64,000 bases of DNA from an uncultured virus (IMG/VR IMGVR_UViG_3300025400_000009) (taxonomy: Duplodnaviria > Heunggongvirae > Uroviricota > Caudoviricetes), in IMG/VR virus record IMGVR_UViG_3300025400_000009; one strand, written 5' to 3'. How positions within the stretch are numbered: position 1 is the stretch's first letter; every line of letters starts with the position of its first letter. The translations under genes and the position numbers were made by a program. Below the pieces are notes generated by a model that did no database searches, was not told where the DNA came from, and saw nothing but the letters and a program-made list of their open reading frames with translations. Below are positions 28,034 to 37,347 of the stretch, one piece after another.

Positions 28034-28315
28034 TTAGGTGCTAGATGATATATAACCTTTTGGAATCCAACAAACAAACATACTTTTTCCTTTTTTATTT
28101 TTGCAGGTATTACATACTACCTTACCTGCATGTGGTCCAGTCGGTTCGTTGATAATTTCCCAATTATGGGATTCGTGGATTCCTAGATGTTGCCTTAGTT
28201 TATTTCTTTGATCATGCCATGCTTTGTCAAATCCAGTTTTTGGATTAGTCCAGTATGTATCATTTAAAAATGCTGTATCACTTTTATTGGTTTTACTGTA
28301 ATCAAACTTTGTCAT
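28034..28315 (-). CDS. Small Cys/His protein, possible zinc finger (93 aa)
   Basis: GPHAGKVVCNTCK...FVCWIPK motif; stop codon abuts the structured region. Confidence 0.65.
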   Translation of the reverse strand: MTKFDYSKTNKSDTAFLNDTYWTNPKTGFDKAWHDQRNKLRQHLGIHESHNWEIINEPTGPHAGKVVCNTCKNKKGKSMFVCWIPKGYISSST

Positions 28316-28319
28316 GATC

Positions 28320-28742
28320 TTATTTTTTTAATATATGTGAGCCATGTACACGGACCGAGATTTGTCCATTATAGTAGTCTGTAGATTCAAGTACTTTGCG
28401 GTCGAATTGTTCACGGGCCTCAATGTAACTACATTCTGCTTTACTACGACAGTAGTATAATATCTCTCTGCTGAAATTTTCTTTGCCTAAATTAGCAACG
28501 TCTGCACTGAGTTCGTTGCTGGAGCCATAATATTCTTGCCAGTCGCTGTCTATTTTACTGCGAATTTTCTTTTTCTTTTTTGTGCCATTTTTTAGTTTAA
28601 CAGTTTTATAAGTTGTTTTACTAAACTTTGCTAACTTCTTGCCTATATATTTTCTACCAGTGATTAAATTTGTAATCAAGTAGACAAACCCGACACAGTC
28701 ATCGGGCAGGTCTTCCACGTTTTCTCCCTGGTACTTCCACAT
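28320..28742 (-). CDS. Stand-alone GIY-YIG family nuclease (140 aa)
   Basis: GFVYLITN..TGRKYIGKK, YYGSS, F.REIL, conserved Glu (YIEAREQ) and YYN motifs. Confidence 0.85.
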   Translation of the reverse strand: MWKYQGENVEDLPDDCVGFVYLITNLITGRKYIGKKLAKFSKTTYKTVKLKNGTKKKKKIRSKIDSDWQEYYGSSNELSADVANLGKENFSREILYYCRSKAECSYIEAREQFDRKVLESTDYYNGQISVRVHGSHILKK

Positions 28743-28980
28743 CTTTATTTTTCTTCACTGGTCCTGGTTTTTTTGGATGCAGTTTCCAATGTTCATGATC
28801 TGCTTCTAAACTGGCTTGCCATAACTCATGAGATAAATGTCTCATACGTTTATATAATCTACGCATGTTCATTACCTCTTCGTCTCTAACTCTTGCGAAC
28901 TTCAGAAACGTTGCATTATAGTTATGTATATCGATAACCATTGACATATATTCTGAATACAGCTCAAGATACCGAGCCAT
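28699..28980 (-). CDS. Hypothetical protein with basic C-terminus
   Basis: ORF track 28699..29019; ATG at 28980 just after the gp46 stop is the more likely start; ends GRKRGRPAR. Confidence 0.55.
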   Translation of the reverse strand: MARYLELYSEYMSMVIDIHNYNATFLKFARVRDEEVMNMRRLYKRMRHLSHELWQASLEADHEHWKLHPKKPGPVKKNKDVEVPGRKRGRPAR

Positions 28981-28987
28981 AGCTGGT

Positions 28988-30760
28988 TCATTCGCCTGCG
29001 GAGTAACTGGTGTAACCATTTTCTTTTACCACTCGGAGCACGTTATTTACACGACCGACTAATTCATCCTTATGAGATATAAGGAAAATGTTCTTATTTC
29101 GTTCACGTGCCATTTTCTTCAATACTGCTAAAGCACTTTCAACCCCAGCACTATCCATACCTGCATCTACTAGTTCGTCAATAAACAATAAATTCAAACT
29201 TTGATACAATCCTTCCCAAACATCTCTAAAAGCAAAACTCATGGAAAGTATCAGTCGATTACGTTCGCCTCGACTTAAATTGTCAAAGTCTAAGTCTTGA
29301 CCTAGCTGTGTAATCTCAACACTCAAATCGTTTTGAAATATCACACGGTGCGGCAATCCTAATGTATCAATATAGTTACCTAATCGTTTGTTCAAATAAC
29401 TTAAATTTTGATCAATAATACGTTTACGAATAAAACTATCTTTGTTGGTTAACAGTTTTAAAAGATATTCTTGGTGATCTTTTAAACTAGTTAGTTCGTT
29501 AATCACATCCCATGTGATTTCCTGTAAAGCACTTTTCTTCAGTTCTTCAACTTGTTCAGCATAGGGATTGTTTTCATTTGCCCGTTCAGTTAGGCGTTTT
29601 TCTAAACTATCTAAGTTGTTTTTATGACCTAATGCTTCTGCTTCTGTGTCGTAAAACGTAATAGGACGCTTAGGTTGATCACCGATAGATTCCAGTTCAT
29701 TTAAAACTGGAATAAGTTCGTTGCCAATCTTAACACCATATTCTAAAGATTCGTTGTAATGTTTCTGTGCTAATGCGTTCATTTCTTCATGTTTGTGATC
29801 ATGAAGATCCTGTTCGCAAGCAGGGCATGTTTTATTTTGTAACTTTTCTAATTCTCGTTGATACTTGTCAGAAGCCTTTTCTGCTTGAATCAGTGCAGAT
29901 TCTAATGTGGCCTTTTGTTTTTGTAGACTTGTAATCTTAGAGTTGTTATCTTCCCATACTTTCAACTGAGCATGTAAATCTAATTCTTGGTTGATATTAA
30001 CAGTTGCTAGAGTCTCGATACTTTTAATCAACGAGTTTAAGTCTTGTTCTTTTTTATTTTCCCAAGCATTGCTACGAGTGATCAAACTGTCAATGCTTTT
30101 TTGAATATTTTCGTTAGCACGTTTAGTTGCTTCGATTTTAGCAGTCTCCTCAACAATTGCATCTTTAGTTTCTTTAACTGATGCCTTTAGTGACTCTGCT
30201 TTTTCACTAAGCAACGTAATGCCGAGCAGTTGTTCGATAACTTCTCGTTGATCCGCAGCCCTCATTGATAAAAAAGGTTCTGTATAAGTGTTCAATGCCA
30301 AAATGTGTTTAAACATGGTGTGTGACATTTCTAACATTTGTTCGATGGCTTTTTGTGTTTCTCGACTATCTCCCTGAGCATCGTCATCTGTTTCGTCAGT
30401 TTTTAACTGATCGTTATTAACAAACAACCTAAGCACATTTGGTTTACGCCCACGCTCAATACGATATGTATTTCCGCCTTTATCAAACTCTACAGTGACT
30501 AACATATTTTTACCGTTAATCTTATTGATCAAGTTTTCTTTCTTGATGTTTGTAAGAGCTTGACCATAGAGTGCGTAACTCAAAGCATTGATAATGGTAG
30601 TTTTACCTGTACCGTTACGTGAGCCTGTATCATCTCCTCCTAAGTCAAGGTTAGCACCTAGCACTAGAGTTAAATGTCCTTGTTCGAAATCTACGGCTTG
30701 GGTATTTTGACCCACACTCATGAAGTTCTTTACAGTTAGGTTTTTAATGTGAAAGCTCAT
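28988..30760 (-). CDS. gp46: Recombination nuclease ATPase subunit, gp46/Rad50/SbcC family
   Basis: KNFMSVG, Walker A NGTGKTT, zinc hook CPAC, signature LSRGE, LLFIDE, ISH. Confidence 0.95.
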   Translation of the reverse strand: MSFHIKNLTVKNFMSVGQNTQAVDFEQGHLTLVLGANLDLGGDDTGSRNGTGKTTIINALSYALYGQALTNIKKENLINKINGKNMLVTVEFDKGGNTYRIERGRKPNVLRLFVNNDQLKTDETDDDAQGDSRETQKAIEQMLEMSHTMFKHILALNTYTEPFLSMRAADQREVIEQLLGITLLSEKAESLKASVKETKDAIVEETAKIEATKRANENIQKSIDSLITRSNAWENKKEQDLNSLIKSIETLATVNINQELDLHAQLKVWEDNNSKITSLQKQKATLESALIQAEKASDKYQRELEKLQNKTCPACEQDLHDHKHEEMNALAQKHYNESLEYGVKIGNELIPVLNELESIGDQPKRPITFYDTEAEALGHKNNLDSLEKRLTERANENNPYAEQVEELKKSALQEITWDVINELTSLKDHQEYLLKLLTNKDSFIRKRIIDQNLSYLNKRLGNYIDTLGLPHRVIFQNDLSVEITQLGQDLDFDNLSRGERNRLILSMSFAFRDVWEGLYQSLNLLFIDELVDAGMDSAGVESALAVLKKMARERNKNIFLISHKDELVGRVNNVLRVVKENGYTSYSAGE

Positions 30761-31770
30761 AGTTCGTTATAAATCTTCAATAAAATGCTTTTATCCATTT
30801 GACCGTTTTCTAAATTAATCAATCCATCTGTAACAATCTGGTCAACACTTTCAAACATAGTTTCAGTGTTTTCATCAATCATTCCGTTAGAGTTACTTTT
30901 ATCCTGAATCAAACTAAGTTCTCGGATATCGTAAAGGTTACTAAACTCATCTTTAATATAGTTTGCTTCTTCAAAACTAATAGGGATATCTAAGTTTACT
31001 TTTAAATGCATCTTAGATTTCATGATTGTGTCTTTCTTATCAATCATCTCACTAAGTTTGAGTACTCGATACTTAGGACAGTTATCCCAGTTAATAAATT
31101 TAGGCTCGCCGCCCCATTCCATGATCATCATGCCACGTTCATCGTCCCAGTTATCTGCAAAGTTATGGGGAAAGGCATTACCAATGTACCAAACCTTGCC
31201 TTTATTCTGTCGTTTATGGAAGTGTCCCGAAAAAATATAATCAGGACCGTCAAAGTCGTCAACTTTTAATTCACCGTGGTCGGGCATTTGTACCATAGCA
31301 TTCATATAAAACAACGGCAGTTCAAAGTGTCCAAACACATATCGGCTTTTCAACTTTTTCATTTCCTTCCACTCATCCCCGACAAGCCACGGGACTAGGG
31401 TGACATCATCAAGAGTTGTTATACCCTCTACGACGGTAACTCCTGGAATATGGCGACCAAAGGCCGATGAATGAATATCACGCTTGTCTTTGTAAAACAA
31501 ATCGTGGTTGCCGGGAAACCAAAAAAACTGCTCAAAGGCAGCACCTAGTTTTTCTAAACAGCGTAGACTACTATCTAATGTGAATAGGTTTAGGCTGTTT
31601 CGGTTGTGACTCCAATCGCCAAGGAAAATGCAAGTTTCACACCCTTGCTCCTTGGCGGTTGAAATAAACCAATCTACGAATTCTTCGCAATCTTGTAAAT
31701 GTGTTGATGAATTGGACTTTAGACCATAGTGGATGTCGGTGAAACATGCCACTTTTTTAAATAGACCCAT
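30757..31770 (-). CDS. gp47: Recombination nuclease subunit, gp47/Mre11/SbcD family
   Basis: Metallophosphoesterase motifs DIH, GD, GNHD, GHFE, SGHFH; ATGA overlap with gp46. Confidence 0.95.
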   Translation of the reverse strand: MGLFKKVACFTDIHYGLKSNSSTHLQDCEEFVDWFISTAKEQGCETCIFLGDWSHNRNSLNLFTLDSSLRCLEKLGAAFEQFFWFPGNHDLFYKDKRDIHSSAFGRHIPGVTVVEGITTLDDVTLVPWLVGDEWKEMKKLKSRYVFGHFELPLFYMNAMVQMPDHGELKVDDFDGPDYIFSGHFHKRQNKGKVWYIGNAFPHNFADNWDDERGMMIMEWGGEPKFINWDNCPKYRVLKLSEMIDKKDTIMKSKMHLKVNLDIPISFEEANYIKDEFSNLYDIRELSLIQDKSNSNGMIDENTETMFESVDQIVTDGLINLENGQMDKSILLKIYNEL

Positions 31771-31791
31771 TATTATAGTTCTCCTATAAAA

Positions 31792-31820
31792 AGTATAGCG
31801 TGTACAATACTAAAGGTCAA
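31792..31820 (-). promoter_or_regulatory. Sigma70-type promoter for gp47
   Basis: TTGACC-17 nt-TATACT; -35 overlaps the gp55 stop. Confidence 0.75.
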
Positions 31821-32740
31821 GTAATAATGTCTTCGTTTTCTAGCTCTTCTTCGTCCGAGATATCTTCGCTCTTAGGCATACGCATATTTTTATATAGTTC
31901 TGCTTGGCGAGCAATTTCTTCGGCATACTCTTGGCTGTTTTGTCTTGTTAGACTTGGAGTCAATCCTGCTTCTTCCAACAAGTCATCGCGAATATTTTGA
32001 CTCTTCTTTTCAATATTTAGAATACGAGTGAATGAATTTGTTACTGCGGCAGTATAGTAGGCAAATGGATTCTCGGATTTTGATTCATCAAACTGTAGTC
32101 CAATCTGACTTAGTTGAAGAATAGCCTGTCCTTTCATTTCATCGACATAAGTATACCCACGCCAGTTGCTACGTTGGGCATAGCGTTCGCTGAGTTTGAT
32201 AAACATTTTGCCAAGATTTTCAGTAATGCGTCCGTGTTCTTTATTAAACTTACCAGTTTCGATAGGACCTTTCCAATGGCTTTTACCTACACACATTAGT
32301 TCGCCTTCGTCGTTAAACTTCCAATGTTGGAAAGGAGGAAAGTTTACTTTTTCATGACTGTCTGCACGATTTTTAACAGTCTTCTTGCGTCCCGGGGCAA
32401 GCGGGATATGATCGAATGTCATTATTCTGATTACAATATCTGTTTTTGCGATAGTTTTATAATCAGGAGTACATTCTGCTAGTTTGATTTTCTTATCGCC
32501 ATCTGCTCTTGCTTGAGCAAATGCTTGTAAACCTAGTCTTTTAGCACGAGCACGTTTGGCATCTGCTATAGTTCTAATGTTTACCTTGTCGAGACTTGTT
32601 AAAATGATATCGTGTTGTTGATATTCAGGTTGCAAAAAACTTGAAAATGAACATTTACTACGATGAATTTCTGCTAATAAGTCTCTGTTGTTTAAGTATT
32701 TTACCTTTCTGCCGGTCGGCGCGATAGTTGTTGTTGTCAT
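31817..32740 (-). CDS. gp55: Late transcription sigma factor, T4 gp55 family
   Basis: YLNNRDLLAEI, LGKMFIKL.ER...RSNWRGYTYVDEM, FDESKSENPFAYYT....NSF.RI...EKK; synteny 55-47-46. Confidence 0.88.
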   Translation of the reverse strand: MTTTTIAPTGRKVKYLNNRDLLAEIHRSKCSFSSFLQPEYQQHDIILTSLDKVNIRTIADAKRARAKRLGLQAFAQARADGDKKIKLAECTPDYKTIAKTDIVIRIMTFDHIPLAPGRKKTVKNRADSHEKVNFPPFQHWKFNDEGELMCVGKSHWKGPIETGKFNKEHGRITENLGKMFIKLSERYAQRSNWRGYTYVDEMKGQAILQLSQIGLQFDESKSENPFAYYTAAVTNSFTRILNIEKKSQNIRDDLLEEAGLTPSLTRQNSQEYAEEIARQAELYKNMRMPKSEDISDEEELENEDIIT

Positions 32741-32766
32741 ATTGTTATTATTTTCCTAACTTTTTT

Positions 32767-32794
32767 AGTTTAGCACGGAAATTGCTAGTGTCAA
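32767..32794 (-). promoter_or_regulatory. Sigma70-type promoter for gp55
   Basis: TTGACA-16 nt-TAAACT with TG extended -10. Confidence 0.7.
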
Positions 32795-32856
32795 CCGAAT
32801 CTTTAAAATATTAGCACTTTATTTAAGGTTAAATAGTATATCAAGGAATAATATTT

Positions 32857-33690
32857 ATGCCCCTTTCCGGAAACTATCAATTTGTATCTAATACACCTAC
32901 AGCAGATGTAGCCAACGCCCCTGTGGTTGGTGCTTCAGACTATAATGCTAATGTATTAGCGGCTATTGCTAAAAATCCTGCAGGTACCGTTACAGCCAGT
33001 GGCGCTGCTCGACCTGCACAAAGTATTCCGGGTGCTGAAGTAGGTGTACAGTTACAAACTCCTTTAGTTACTAATGCTAATAAAAAAACTCAAGATATGA
33101 GAGTTAGAATTCAAGTACCTACATTATATCAATCAGCAGTATATACGTCTGGCGCTGGCGGCAATTTAAAATCACTGAATAGCATTATTTTTCCATACAC
33201 TCCTCAAATTAGTTTTGAACACAAAGCCGATTATGCTACTGAAAACCCAATTCATAGTAACTATTCAATCAACTTTTATAAAAGCAGTTATGTAGGTGAC
33301 ATTAGTATTCAAGGTGTTTTCACTGTACAAAATACTACAGATGCTGTAACTTATCTTTCAACTGTGCATTTGTTAAGAGCATTGACTAAAGGTAGATTTG
33401 GTGGTAGTGATAATCTAGCTGGTAGTCCGCCGCCCATTTGTAGATTACATGCCTATGGAACTTTTATGTTAGATAGCGTTCCTATTGCTATTCAAAGTTT
33501 TAAAATAGATTTACCAAATGATGTAGATTATTTTTATTTGAACGATCCTTCATTTCTAGAAGCATCAGTTCCTACCAAATCTACTATAATTCTACAATGT
33601 AAACCTATGTACAGTAGACAGGAAATGCTTGACAATACAGTATCAGGATGGATAGGTTCTCCTGCTCAACGCCAAAAAGGATTATTATAA
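32857..33690 (+). CDS. Baseplate/tail-tube-initiator-like protein (277 aa)
   Basis: IFPYTPQI...PIHSNY...FY..S, GSPPPICRL..YG..M...VP..I.SF...LP.DVDY; first gene of baseplate operon; TTAAATA at 32829-32835. Confidence 0.6.
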   Translation: MPLSGNYQFVSNTPTADVANAPVVGASDYNANVLAAIAKNPAGTVTASGAARPAQSIPGAEVGVQLQTPLVTNANKKTQDMRVRIQVPTLYQSAVYTSGAGGNLKSLNSIIFPYTPQISFEHKADYATENPIHSNYSINFYKSSYVGDISIQGVFTVQNTTDAVTYLSTVHLLRALTKGRFGGSDNLAGSPPPICRLHAYGTFMLDSVPIAIQSFKIDLPNDVDYFYLNDPSFLEASVPTKSTIILQCKPMYSRQEMLDNTVSGWIGSPAQRQKGLL

Positions 33691-33989
33691 TGGCTGTCTA
33701 TAACTCATTAAGTCCGTATTATACAACAAATCAAGCGTATGGTTATTTGGATGTTATAAACTGGAGACAGATACCTTCAGAAGTAGATGATATTTTATAT
33801 ACCATTCCTAAAAACTATGAATTTAGACCCGATTTATTGTCTTTTGACTTATACGGTGATGTAGGTTTATGGTGGGTATTTGCTGTAAGAAATCCTCAAG
33901 TTATTCAAGATCCTGTTTTTGATATGATAGCTGGCCTACAGATTTATCTACCTAAACTAAGTTCAATTAAAGTAACTTTAGGAATATAA
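33690..33989 (+). CDS. gp53: Baseplate wedge protein, gp53-like (LysM-like)
   Basis: YEFRPDLLSFDLYGDVGLWWVFAVRNP motif; ATG at 33690 overlaps the previous TAA. Confidence 0.75.
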   Translation: MAVYNSLSPYYTTNQAYGYLDVINWRQIPSEVDDILYTIPKNYEFRPDLLSFDLYGDVGLWWVFAVRNPQVIQDPVFDMIAGLQIYLPKLSSIKVTLGI

Positions 33990-33990
33990 T

Positions 33991-36900
33991 ATGCCTAATG
34001 CAGATAATCTTTATTCACCGACTGGCTATCCTTGGCAATCAGTAACATATGGAACTCTTTCAGGCAAATCAACTGATAGTTCAGTACAACGTAAAACTTC
34101 TAATGCAGGGTGGCCTCCTACTGTAACAGGTAGCGGTGTTGGTCCTACTAAATCTAATCTAGAGGAATTAAAAGCACAACAACGAGCAACTCCTGGAGAG
34201 AATGTTTTAAACAAATATAGATCTGTATCTTATAACCTTACTTTTGCGGCTTTAAACAAATCGCAAATTAATGACCCCTCGTCATTTAATCCACAAAGAC
34301 CTGGATTTATTATTGCTTCTACAAAAGGTAAGACTCAAATGGGGCCTAGTCCGACATTTAGTAATGTTCCTGCCCCTCCGTCTACATCTGCAAGTTCTCA
34401 AGATACTACTACCTACAAATTTGTTGACGAAATAACGGGACAAGTCCAATCAAATAATGTTGTTGAAAATAATGTTCCTTCTTCTATTCCTAATGAAACA
34501 TCGGGTATAGTAAATCAACAAAATCAAACTCGCCAATCGCAAGTTGATTCTTATAATAAAGTAAGTTCTGGAAAATACGACATGTATATCGACAATGTTG
34601 ATATAGTAACACTATGTTCTTATACAAACGATGTTAAAACAGCATTGGCTACCGAAATACATTTTGAAATTGTAGAACCTTATAGCATTAATGGATTCAT
34701 GGAAGCCATACAAGCTGGCGCTTTATGGGGAGGATTTAATGATTACATTTCTGGATCTTATGCCCTGATCGTGGACTTTTATGGGTATCCAGATGACGAG
34801 GGTACTCCGGACCCTGTGCTGATTGCAGAAGCAACTCGTGTGTTTACAGTTGGTATCATAAATGCAGAAATTGATATCAATAATAGAGGAACAGTATATA
34901 AAGTAGCCGTACAACCAGTTAGTGCCAAAGCCCTAAAGGTATCGTCGTCTAGTAATACTAGAGGTATGACTATTAAAGGTAAGAGCGTAGAAGAAATGTT
35001 AAAAAACTATGCTACCATACGTAATAATCAAAACATAGATGATGCTCAATCTACTAATATTCCTGTTGCCCAAGTTGATTCTTATTCAATAATTTTTCCA
35101 AGGCTTGATGAAAACGGCAATCCTATGGTAGATAAAAACGGTAACATTATAGGAGAACCTAATGAAATTGCTAAAGCAACTCATAAACATGTAAACCCTC
35201 CTATGAACGATACTGCAACACCGGGTACAGCATATCAGGTGTCGTCACAACTAAAACAGCCTAGTAGTGCTTCCGGTTCTAATATTGTTTTTGACGAACA
35301 TCAAGCAACCTTTGCATCTGGTGTGGACATTCTAACTGTGATACAATCTGTAGTTATGGATAGTTCTTATATTGGCGATACACTAGAAGCATTTTATAAA
35401 AGCGTTAAAAATAAAACAAGTTTAGGTAGTAACATAGTTGACGAAAACGGCAACATTAAATATTTTAGTGTTATTCCAAAAGTCTATGTAAATCCTGGAA
35501 ATAACAACGAAACAAATCAGCCCCCTACAAAATATGTTTACATGGTTGTACCGCGTAAGATATTATATAATTCTGCATTACCCGGAGCTAGTCGAGATGT
35601 AATTTCTCAAAAGGTCATTAATAATCGAGTTAGTCGTGTTTACAACTATATCTATACAGGACAAAATACCGATGTATTAGATTTTAAAATAAAGTTTGAT
35701 GCACTATTTTTTGAAGAGTTACCAAAAGCAATGGGAAACTCAACACAGAATCCTTCTGCTACTAGTTCTTCTCCTAATAATTCAGCTAACATAGAACGTA
35801 ATCCTCAACCTTCTGCTCAAGCATATAATACTCCGCAGGCAACTGCTCCGCAAAAAGGAACGTATAATCAATCTTCAAATGCCCCCGACGGGCAGGTAAA
35901 TGCTAAAGATAGGATAGAGGAACCGTGGGAACAAATTAAAAAAGCCATGTATGGTGTAATAAACAATAGTAAGTCGGGATTAATCAGTGGAGAAATAACT
36001 ATATTAGGTGATCCTTTCTTTTTAACTGATGCTTCAAACGGTAATAGTTCTATGGTTTCGCCGGGAGCGTCGATAAAATCTACAGTCAACCCTTCAACTA
36101 GCGAAGTTAATATTTTAATTAATTTTAGAAATCCTACCGACCTTAATGATGGTACTGGATTTATGCAGTTTGATAATAATGAAGTAGCATTCAGCGGAAT
36201 GTATAAAATTATTTCTATTAGGCATGAATTCAAACGAGGAGTTTTTAAACAAACATTAGAAATTGTTAGATCTCCTAGTCAGGCAACAAAAACTTCTAGT
36301 CAAGAAGAAAGTACTCCGGGATCTTCTTGGAATTCTGCTGCCAATCCGAATGATCAAAGTGCAGTTAACTCCGGTCCTATACCAGCACCAGTTAACGGCA
36401 ATCAAATTAATGTAAATGCGGTAACTTCGTTGCCTACCACAACAAACTCTGACCCTGGATCATTAAGCGGAAACTTATCGGGCGCCAGTGGAGCACAAAA
36501 TTCCGTATCTTCTTTATACGGTATTGCTCCTGGAAATAACACTTCGTCGCTGGGCATTAAAGCCAGTGCTGGTGCATTATTTGCTGCTCAATCTTCTTTA
36601 AACGAATCGGCAGCATTGGTTACTTCTGCACAAAAAGTTCTCAACCAAGCAATACCTGGAACATCTTTAGCACAGGTTACTAATGTTGCATCGACACTAA
36701 ACTCGAAATTATCAAGTGTATTAAATCCCAACGCTCTTGCTGTGTCTCCTAGTTTGGCAATAAATCAAGTGGGACAAAATATAAATCAAGTGCTAAATGG
36801 CTCAGTTAATAACATTGCTAATCAGTTCAAAATAAATCCTGTGGGTCTTACTGGGTTAACTGGAGCAATATCGGGGGCATTGTTGGGTAGTTTAATAGGT

Positions 36901-37341
36901 AGCGGCAAAGGCAAACAAGTAGCAACCGCGTTAGGTGCGTTAGCGGGATTGGCTGCAACTATACCAAAAAATGTTAATCTACAGCAAGCGTCTAGTCAAG
37001 GTTTGAACATCGAAGGAATGACACAACAAGAAATAAAAAATCTACCTCCTATTGTGGCACCTCAGGTTCCTAATCTCACATCCTTTATTCCTACTACGAC
37101 CGCAGTTGGTATCAACAATCCTTTGTCTAACCTTACTTCGGGTCCGTTAGCATCAATACAAAGTGGTCAACTTGGTTCTGGATTATATCAAATAACACAG
37201 GCTACAAATATATCTACATCCGTTGAAGGAATACAACAACTTACTGGACAAGCAGCCAGTGTGGGTCAGTCTGTAATAAACACAGTTGGTAGTAAAACTG
37301 TAGCCTCATTATCACCACTTGTAAATACTATAAACGGATAA
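33991..37341 (+). CDS. Baseplate hub protein (gp27/gpD-like) with long low-complexity tail
   Basis: GEITILGDPFFL and FSGMYKIISIRHEFKRGVFKQTLEIVR motifs; sits between gp53 and spike genes. Confidence 0.6.
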   Translation: MPNADNLYSPTGYPWQSVTYGTLSGKSTDSSVQRKTSNAGWPPTVTGSGVGPTKSNLEELKAQQRATPGENVLNKYRSVSYNLTFAALNKSQINDPSSFNPQRPGFIIASTKGKTQMGPSPTFSNVPAPPSTSASSQDTTTYKFVDEITGQVQSNNVVENNVPSSIPNETSGIVNQQNQTRQSQVDSYNKVSSGKYDMYIDNVDIVTLCSYTNDVKTALATEIHFEIVEPYSINGFMEAIQAGALWGGFNDYISGSYALIVDFYGYPDDEGTPDPVLIAEATRVFTVGIINAEIDINNRGTVYKVAVQPVSAKALKVSSSSNTRGMTIKGKSVEEMLKNYATIRNNQNIDDAQSTNIPVAQVDSYSIIFPRLDENGNPMVDKNGNIIGEPNEIAKATHKHVNPPMNDTATPGTAYQVSSQLKQPSSASGSNIVFDEHQATFASGVDILTVIQSVVMDSSYIGDTLEAFYKSVKNKTSLGSNIVDENGNIKYFSVIPKVYVNPGNNNETNQPPTKYVYMVVPRKILYNSALPGASRDVISQKVINNRVSRVYNYIYTGQNTDVLDFKIKFDALFFEELPKAMGNSTQNPSATSSSPNNSANIERNPQPSAQAYNTPQATAPQKGTYNQSSNAPDGQVNAKDRIEEPWEQIKKAMYGVINNSKSGLISGEITILGDPFFLTDASNGNSSMVSPGASIKSTVNPSTSEVNILINFRNPTDLNDGTGFMQFDNNEVAFSGMYKIISIRHEFKRGVFKQTLEIVRSPSQATKTSSQEESTPGSSWNSAANPNDQSAVNSGPIPAPVNGNQINVNAVTSLPTTTNSDPGSLSGNLSGASGAQNSVSSLYGIAPGNNTSSLGIKASAGALFAAQSSLNESAALVTSAQKVLNQAIPGTSLAQVTNVASTLNSKLSSVLNPNALAVSPSLAINQVGQNINQVLNGSVNNIANQFKINPVGLTGLTGAISGALLGSLIGSGKGKQVATALGALAGLAATIPKNVNLQQASSQGLNIEGMTQQEIKNLPPIVAPQVPNLTSFIPTTTAVGINNPLSNLTSGPLASIQSGQLGSGLYQITQATNISTSVEGIQQLTGQAASVGQSVINTVGSKTVASLSPLVNTING

Positions 37342-37347
37342 TAAAAT

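Noticed and set aside
27640..28742. Group I or II intron with a GIY-YIG homing endonuclease
   Set aside because: No interrupted host gene flanks it (the neighbours converge), and I could not find group I P7/R-S elements or a group II domain V with its bulge. A degenerate ribozyme is not excluded.
28988..30760. Intein in gp46 or other core genes
   Set aside because: Lengths are ordinary and no intein terminal motifs were seen.
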